Below are positions 58,394 through 64,000 of a stretch of DNA of 64,000 nucleotides, in pieces. The stretch spans positions 67,518-131,517 of the forward strand of contig JAWAKK010000001.1 in the NCBI GenBank assembly GCA_038887515.1, read 5' to 3'. The notes below the pieces were generated by a model, which saw only the letters and a list, made by a program, of their open reading frames with translations, was not told the origin of the DNA and made no database searches. Position numbers and translations under genes: made by a program. Every line of letters starts with the position of its first letter. The stretch's first letter is position 1. The DNA comes from Candidatus Nezhaarchaeales archaeon (GTDB lineage Archaea > Thermoproteota > Methanomethylicia > Nezhaarchaeales > WYZ-LMO8).

Positions 58394-59530
58394 TTGTCGC
58401 AAAAAATTGGAATTGTTTACAGCGATGCGTACTTGAAATATAACTTTGGCAGGGACCATCCATTTAATCCCTATCGCTTTAGGTTATTTTTCGACTTAAT
58501 CAAGTATTATGGGCTTCTCGACAGGCTAGAGCACATAGAGCCACGGATGGCATCTGAAAGCGAGCTCGAGCTAGCTCATGATCGAGATTACATACATAAG
58601 GTGAAGAGGTTAAGTGAAGAAGGTCACGGTTTTCTCGATTTCGGAGATACTCCAGCATTTAGGGGGATGTTTGAAGCGTCAAGCTACCTCGTAGGAGGGA
58701 CTCTGAGCGCTGTCGATGCTATAATGAGTGGAAGGTGCGATCACGCATTTAACCCTGGAGGAGGCTTCCATCACGCAGCCCGTAATAGAGGGGCAGGTTT
58801 TTGCGTCTTCAATGATATTGCAATAGCAATATTGTACCTTCTCGAGAAGTGGAAAGTCAATAGAGTTATGTTAGTGGACATGGATGCCCATCACGGAGAT
58901 GGAACGCAGTGGATCTTATACTCAGAGCCAAGGGCACTTAAGGTAGATTTTCACGAGTCTGGCATGTACCTCTATCCTGGAACAGGCTTCGTAGATGAGA
59001 TAGGTGAGGGAGAAGGTCGCGGCTTTATGGTTAATGTACCGTTACCCCCTAAGACCCACGACAAAGCATATCTATATGCCTTTAATGAGATAGTTCCAAC
59101 GCTAGCTGAGGAGTACAAGCCGGATGTAATAATTCATCAATGCGGAGTAGACGCGCATTTTGAAGATCCACTCGCGCACTTAGCTCTCACGACAAGTGCT
59201 TACGCAGAGTTATCTAAATTGATGCATGAAGTGGCACACAAAGTAGCTAATGGAAGGTACGTAATGGTAGGCGGTGGAGGCTACAACGTTGGGACGGTCG
59301 CCAGATCATGGACTATAATGATATCTAAGATTTTGGGGGTTGACTTACCAGATACGTTACCCCAAGGGTGGATGGTTGAATTTAAGAACTTAATGGGCTA
59401 CGATCCCCCCACATCTCTTTACGATAAATCGAGACCTATTATGAGCGAAGGAGTTTGGAGGTCAATTATGGCCGACGTCGAAAAAATCGTTAGAGACGTA
59501 AAAAAGAGGTTCTCCCACTTTTTTAGATGA
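58394..59530 (+). CDS. Class I/II histone-deacetylase-family amidohydrolase, AcuC/APAH-like.
   Basis: Has the motif GGGFHHA and the motif DMDAHHGDGTQ. Confidence 0.8.
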   Translation: MSQKIGIVYSDAYLKYNFGRDHPFNPYRFRLFFDLIKYYGLLDRLEHIEPRMASESELELAHDRDYIHKVKRLSEEGHGFLDFGDTPAFRGMFEASSYLVGGTLSAVDAIMSGRCDHAFNPGGGFHHAARNRGAGFCVFNDIAIAILYLLEKWKVNRVMLVDMDAHHGDGTQWILYSEPRALKVDFHESGMYLYPGTGFVDEIGEGEGRGFMVNVPLPPKTHDKAYLYAFNEIVPTLAEEYKPDVIIHQCGVDAHFEDPLAHLALTTSAYAELSKLMHEVAHKVANGRYVMVGGGGYNVGTVARSWTIMISKILGVDLPDTLPQGWMVEFKNLMGYDPPTSLYDKSRPIMSEGVWRSIMADVEKIVRDVKKRFSHFFR

Positions 59531-59536
59531 TAACCA

Positions 59537-60505
59537 TCATTCTATGAGGGGCCCTATGACGGTATGCCCAGCTAGCTTATTTACTCTTTCAACCTGTTCG
59601 TCAACGTATCTTTGTACTTCAGCTATCTCGTCATCGTTTAAATGTCTAAATCTACCTTGCATCATCAAGTAATCTCTTACCGGTCTCCTCTTAGGGACTG
59701 GGACCGTAACTCTAAAGTTATTCTCTTCAATTTCGTAGAGGATCCACATGCCCGTGAGCACACCTAGCCTTGCGACCTCTATCGTTTTACTGGGGTCGAA
59801 TCTCCATCCTGTAGGGCATGGAGCCAAAACATGTATGTACGCTGGCCCCTCTATTTCGGCTGCCTTTTTGACCTTATTTGCGAAATCTATTGGATGAGAT
59901 ATGCTTGCAACTGCAACATATGGTATTCCATGCGCTGCAACTATTGACGCCATATCCTTCTTGAATTGAAACTTCCCCCTCCACTTAGTTCCAACGGGTG
60001 TAGTGGTGGTCCAAGCCTTGAAGGGAGTTGTTCCGCTACGTTGAATTCCCGTGTTCATGTAAGCTTCGTTATCCATACATATGTAGACGAAGTCGTGTCC
60101 CCTCTCAAGAGCACCACTTAAGGCTTGAAAGCCTATATCAGCCGTTCCACCGTCGCCAGCTAGAACGACTACATTAATCTCTCTATCAGCGAACTTCAGC
60201 CCTCTTTTCTTCAAAGCCTTTATCCCAACCTCGATACCGCTGGCAACAGCCGCAGCATTCTCAAAAGCTACGTGAATCCAAGGAACCTTCCAAGCTGTCT
60301 CGGGATAAACTGACGTGCTAACTTCTAAACATCCAGTTGGAGTTACAATTATGCAATAGGGGCCAAGAACTTTTGTTACAAGCCTAGCTATTACGCCTTC
60401 GGGGCACCCTTGACATAATCTATGCCCAGCACTGAAATATTCGGTTTTAGGCAGATCTCTTATGCTCTTAAACGTCTTGCTCTCCATGGTCGACACCTCT
60501 GACAC
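59537..60505 (-). CDS. porB: 2-oxoacid:ferredoxin oxidoreductase beta subunit (TPP-binding).
   Basis: Has a GDGGT TPP motif and a CxxC...C cluster. Confidence 0.85.
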   Translation of the reverse strand: MSEVSTMESKTFKSIRDLPKTEYFSAGHRLCQGCPEGVIARLVTKVLGPYCIIVTPTGCLEVSTSVYPETAWKVPWIHVAFENAAAVASGIEVGIKALKKRGLKFADREINVVVLAGDGGTADIGFQALSGALERGHDFVYICMDNEAYMNTGIQRSGTTPFKAWTTTTPVGTKWRGKFQFKKDMASIVAAHGIPYVAVASISHPIDFANKVKKAAEIEGPAYIHVLAPCPTGWRFDPSKTIEVARLGVLTGMWILYEIEENNFRVTVPVPKRRPVRDYLMMQGRFRHLNDDEIAEVQRYVDEQVERVNKLAGHTVIGPLIE

Positions 60506-61670
60506 CGTAATAAATGCACGGCTTTTCGATATGGCCCTTTTGAAGGGCTTTTCTTGAAATCTTCACCATGTTTATCAGGTCTGCTACGGTTACGTCCCTC
60601 CCGCCTATTCCGGCTATGAAATTGATCATGAAGGGTCTATCTACATCGTTGGCAAAGACCGACGCTACATCAGTAAAGAGGGGCCCGCCAACAGCACCAA
60701 AAGATATTGATCTGTCCACTATAGTGAGTATCTTCGCATTTCTAAGCTTCTCTCTCCATATATTTGCCGGTATAGGCCTATAAAGTCTAGGTCTAAATAA
60801 CCCAACCTTTATCCCCATTTCGCGTAGTTTTTCTACAGCTACCCTAGCTGTACTGGCTATAGCGCCTAGGGCTATTAGCAGTATGTCAGCATCTTGAGAC
60901 TCATACTCTTCGTAGATTCCGTAGCTAACACCAAATTTTTTCTCGTAATCTCTATCAACTTCCTCTAGAGCTCTTGGCGTTTTCTCCAAGGCATCAACAA
61001 GCTGGTACTTGAACTCGTAAGTGTAATCTGGTAAGGCCATAATCCCCATGGTTATCGGCTTTTCAGGGTCAAGGATATTTGGCCTCTCAATTCGGGGTAG
61101 AAAACTCAATACATCTTCTCTTCCCCTTACCTCTACAGGCTCGTAGGTATGGCTCAGAACGAAACCATCATAGCACACGCACACAGGTACTAAGATGTCA
61201 CTTCTTTCAGCCAGCTTGTATGCTTGAATTATTGTGTCGTGTGCTTCTTGGGCGGAAGAAACATATATTTGAACCCAACCACAATCTCGAGAAGACATCA
61301 TGTCTTGGTGATCGTTATGAATGTTAAGAGGCATCGAAAGGGTCCTGTTCGCCACGGCCATCACTATTGGTAATCTCATGCTCGAAGCTATGAAGAGCAC
61401 TTCATGCATTAGTGCAAGCCCTTGAGATGAAGTAGCTGTGAAGACTCTAGCTCCAACAGCCGAAGCACCTACTACAGCGCTTAGAGCGGAATGTTCGCTT
61501 TCAACATGTATGAACTCTGCTTCAAGCTCTCCTTCAGCTACAAACTCAGAGAGCTTCTCGACAACTGGCGTTTGAGGTGTTATCGGATATGCCGCTATGA
61601 CGTCTACGTCGCAATTTTTAACTGCATAGGCTACGGCATGGTTTGTCGATAAGGCCATTCTCTGGGACAT
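60468..61670 (-). CDS. porA: 2-oxoacid:ferredoxin oxidoreductase alpha subunit.
   Basis: Has the POR alpha N-terminal domain. Confidence 0.85.
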   Translation of the reverse strand: MSQRMALSTNHAVAYAVKNCDVDVIAAYPITPQTPVVEKLSEFVAEGELEAEFIHVESEHSALSAVVGASAVGARVFTATSSQGLALMHEVLFIASSMRLPIVMAVANRTLSMPLNIHNDHQDMMSSRDCGWVQIYVSSAQEAHDTIIQAYKLAERSDILVPVCVCYDGFVLSHTYEPVEVRGREDVLSFLPRIERPNILDPEKPITMGIMALPDYTYEFKYQLVDALEKTPRALEEVDRDYEKKFGVSYGIYEEYESQDADILLIALGAIASTARVAVEKLREMGIKVGLFRPRLYRPIPANIWREKLRNAKILTIVDRSISFGAVGGPLFTDVASVFANDVDRPFMINFIAGIGGRDVTVADLINMVKISRKALQKGHIEKPCIYYGVRGVDHGEQDV

Positions 61671-61676
61671 TTCGCC

Positions 61677-61952
61677 TCACCTCCTCATAACTATCGCTTT
61701 CGAAGGACACTCGTTAGAACAGATACCGCAACCCTTACAGTACAAGTAATTAATTTTAGTGAACCCATCATCCTCTAGTTCTATCGCCCCCTCGGGGCAG
61801 AAAATCCAACACAAATAGCACTTTATACACCTGCTTCTATCTATGACTGGAGTAAACGTTCTCCAACTAGAAGTTAGGTACTTTAAGGAAGAACCGGGTT
61901 CCGTATTGGTGGCACCGATCGGTATTTCATACCACTTTTTTAACGGCGTCAA
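61677..61952 (-). CDS. porD: 2-oxoacid:ferredoxin oxidoreductase delta subunit (2 x [4Fe-4S]).
   Basis: Has the clusters CIKCYLCWIFCP and CKGCGICSNECP. Confidence 0.8.
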   Translation of the reverse strand: MTPLKKWYEIPIGATNTEPGSSLKYLTSSWRTFTPVIDRSRCIKCYLCWIFCPEGAIELEDDGFTKINYLYCKGCGICSNECPSKAIVMRR

Positions 61953-61956
61953 GCCC

Positions 61957-62523
61957 TCATAACCCTCCTATAATAGCCTCTTCAAAAGCTCTAACCATAG
62001 CTTTAAAATTCTTAGCTGCCAAAGCCGGAGGGAACCTTTTTTCTAAAACTTTAACCACGTTGTCTAAGCTCACGGTATCGATGGCCTTGACGACAGCTCC
62101 AACCATTGACGTATTGACTATGGGGGCCCCTATGATCTCTATAGCTATTGAAGTTGCATCGACGGTCACGACTTTTCCATTAAAACCTAACCTCTTGGCC
62201 ACCTCATAGGGTTTTTGATTAATATTAACTATCAGCATACCGTTAGGTTTAAGGCCTGCCATCACGTCATCCCTTCCCCCTACGTTCAATAAGCTTTCGT
62301 CAAGCACAACAACGACATCTGGTTCGTATATGAAAGACCTATTGTATATGGGCTTATCATTTATCCTCGTGTAAGCCTGTACTGGTGCCCCACGTCTCTC
62401 AGCGCCGAAGCTAGGAAAGGCTTGGGCCCACTTGCCTTCAATTATAGCCGCCGACGCTATAATCTCGGCGGCTGTGACCGCGCCTTGCCCCCCTCTTCCA
62501 TGCCATCTTATCTCAACCGGCAT
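61957..62523 (-). CDS. porG: 2-oxoacid:ferredoxin oxidoreductase gamma subunit.
   Basis: Has the POR gamma motif GRGGQG. Confidence 0.8.
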   Translation of the reverse strand: MPVEIRWHGRGGQGAVTAAEIIASAAIIEGKWAQAFPSFGAERRGAPVQAYTRINDKPIYNRSFIYEPDVVVVLDESLLNVGGRDDVMAGLKPNGMLIVNINQKPYEVAKRLGFNGKVVTVDATSIAIEIIGAPIVNTSMVGAVVKAIDTVSLDNVVKVLEKRFPPALAAKNFKAMVRAFEEAIIGGL

Positions 62524-62641
62524 TTAAGGCCCCACCATACATTATCGATAAAGTGTCGCAGTATTAGTGTGGAAAGGAACATCATGGACATTTAAGCTTT
62601 TTCTTAAATAAGAGGAATGATAGAAAACAATAATTTTGAAG

Positions 62642-63064
62642 TTACTTCTCTATCTTAATTCGACTTATGAGAAATTCGTTTCCAGCTATAAATTCGAAAT
62701 CTGACTCTCCACATTTGGGACATGTTTCCTTAAAAAATGCTCTTAAATTATGATCTAAGTTCGTAGCCACTATTAGATGATCAATGTACAGAGCCTTACT
62801 ATAGACGTTTGACTCCCATTCTTCGCCACATCTATTACACCGAGCCATTGCCTTGACCGTATTTATGTTTAATTTTGCGCCTTCAACTATCGTTCCTTTG
62901 CTTAATACGCTGAAAGCAACCATTAACTGATCAGGGTTTAACAACGTAAGCTCACCAACATCGATATTAACTTCTAAAACCTTCTTGGCTCCATATCTCG
63001 AAGCAACTTCTAGCACAGCTTCGAGGATGTTTGATGCCATTGAAAGTTCGTGCAATGTTATCAC
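62642..63064 (-). CDS. hypA: Hydrogenase nickel-insertion protein HypA.
   Basis: A TTG start gives an MHE nickel-binding N-terminus. The zinc site comprises CNRCG...CPKCG. Confidence 0.7.
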   Translation of the reverse strand: MITLHELSMASNILEAVLEVASRYGAKKVLEVNIDVGELTLLNPDQLMVAFSVLSKGTIVEGAKLNINTVKAMARCNRCGEEWESNVYSKALYIDHLIVATNLDHNLRAFFKETCPKCGESDFEFIAGNEFLISRIKIEK

Positions 63065-63146
63065 GCAGACTAGACGAGAAGATTTTTAAACTATTGTTGT
63101 AGAAACCAAATTACATCGGATAAGCTTTTCGCGAGGTTTAAACGCC

Positions 63147-63815
63147 TTGACATTAGAGAGACCCTCCCCTGAAGCGGCAGTATACAGGTTACTAACCTTG
63201 ATAAATGATCATAGTAAAAAACTTGGTGAGTCTTTCAAACAGCTTGAAGAAATGACGACATTGTATCTTGCTGGCAAGGCGAATAAGAAGATTAAGGAGC
63301 TTGCTGATGCTATTAAGAATACTGAAAAGGAAGGTAACAAAATAAAGCTCCAAATCTTCGATTACTTGGCTAGAATTGGAGAGGCCTTAATGTATAGAGA
63401 AGACTGGATGAGATTAATCCTAAATCTTGATTCGATACTTGATTATGTCGATAGTATAGCTTATAGACTTTCGATAGCGGCTTCAAAGAAATGGCACCCA
63501 ACGGCCGAAGTTGCTGACGGTATTAAACATCTCTTATCTCTAATCAGCGCGATGATCGATAAAATAAAACTCTCTCTTGGAACCCTTCAAGTTAATGCTT
63601 TAAGAGTTCTGCAAATTTGCAACGAGTTAGAAGAAATGGAAAGAGAGGTCGACGAGCACCACAGAGAGTTAGGTTCAATCCTCCTTGAATCAAACGTTTC
63701 CACTCCAGCTTTAATGCTATTACATGAGATATGCGAGAGGCTTGAAGACCTAGCTGACATTGCATTGAAGACCGGTGATAGCCTTAGGCTTCTCGCTATG
63801 CATAGAGTTCCTTGA
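63147..63815 (+). CDS. DUF47 / PhoU-like protein (putative phosphate-transport regulator).
   Basis: 222-aa helical protein with the repeat architecture typical of the PhoU-like TIGR00153 family. Confidence 0.5.
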   Translation: MTLERPSPEAAVYRLLTLINDHSKKLGESFKQLEEMTTLYLAGKANKKIKELADAIKNTEKEGNKIKLQIFDYLARIGEALMYREDWMRLILNLDSILDYVDSIAYRLSIAASKKWHPTAEVADGIKHLLSLISAMIDKIKLSLGTLQVNALRVLQICNELEEMEREVDEHHRELGSILLESNVSTPALMLLHEICERLEDLADIALKTGDSLRLLAMHRVP

Positions 63816-64000
63816 CCCACCCTTCTTAAAGAGTTCAGAGAATACATCTGCTGAGTAAAGAGCTGTAATAGACCCTGTAACGGCCACTTCAAACCAGACG
63901 ACGATTATCCTCGTCAATATAGACGCTGAAGAAGCTATAGCCGAGGGGATGCCTAGAGCTACGAACGTCGCGGTCATTGACGTCTCGACGACTCCTAACA
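63750..64000 (-). CDS. C-terminal part of a membrane protein, possibly a PiT-like permease. The gene continues beyond the window edge.
   Basis: The minus-strand frame stays open from 64000 down to the stop at 63750 and encodes the hydrophobic segment ...TATFVALGIPSAIASSASILTRIIVVWFEV... Confidence 0.3.
   Translation of the reverse strand, partial: LGVVETSMTATFVALGIPSAIASSASILTRIIVVWFEVAVTGSITALYSADVFSELFKKGGSRNSMHSEKPKAITGLQCNVS

Noticed and set aside
59537-62523. A specific substrate assignment (pyruvate versus 2-ketoisovalerate) for the four-subunit oxidoreductase.
   Set aside because: The gamma-delta-alpha-beta architecture is shared by POR and VOR. The substrate cannot be assigned from sequence by eye, so I used por symbols generically.

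Overview
This 64-kb window is an archaeal chromosomal segment with almost no non-coding sequence. GC content is about 45%, and TTG and GTG starts are frequent. Many adjacent genes overlap by 4 bp (ATGA/GTGA), which suggests translational coupling. I found no rRNA genes, tRNA genes, CRISPR arrays, transposases or integrases.

The gene content fits a hyperthermophilic TACK/Thermoproteota-like archaeon. It includes archaeal GlyRS, RtcB, RpoP, aSUI1, a four-subunit 2-oxoacid:ferredoxin oxidoreductase and two tungsten AOR-family enzymes. It also carries a LysW-carrier lysine/arginine pathway and the HMG-CoA synthase / thiolase / DUF35 mevalonate entry module.

The recognisable blocks, in order:
- Partial glyS and an MBL-fold hydrolase.
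- The mevalonate entry operon.
- AOR with a ferredoxin partner.
- gatCAB.
- A polyprenyl synthase.
- An Lhr helicase next to a 1003-aa HerA-like ATPase with a coiled coil and a poly-zinc-ribbon tail.
- uppS coupled to a Trm112-like gene.
- A second AOR coupled to a MoaD-like GG protein.
- A radical-SAM gene, an Ogg-like glycosylase and RtcB.
- A LysW-based lysine/arginine cluster with both LysX and ArgX, ending in argG and argH.
- Agmatinase, rpoP, SUI1 and NMNAT.
- A non-canonical mtr-like cluster: MtrB-like, MtrA, two tail-anchored MtrF/G-like proteins, an ASKHA protein and MtrH, with no mtrCDE.
- carAB, thrC and thrB.
- The porGDAB operon, hypA, and a DUF47/PhoU-like gene.

The two loci I consider most likely to be novel are the Lhr + HerA-ATPase / coiled-coil / tandem-zinc-knuckle pair at 13.2-19.3 kb, and the truncated membrane-anchored mtrBAFG + ASKHA + mtrH module at 45.1-49.2 kb.
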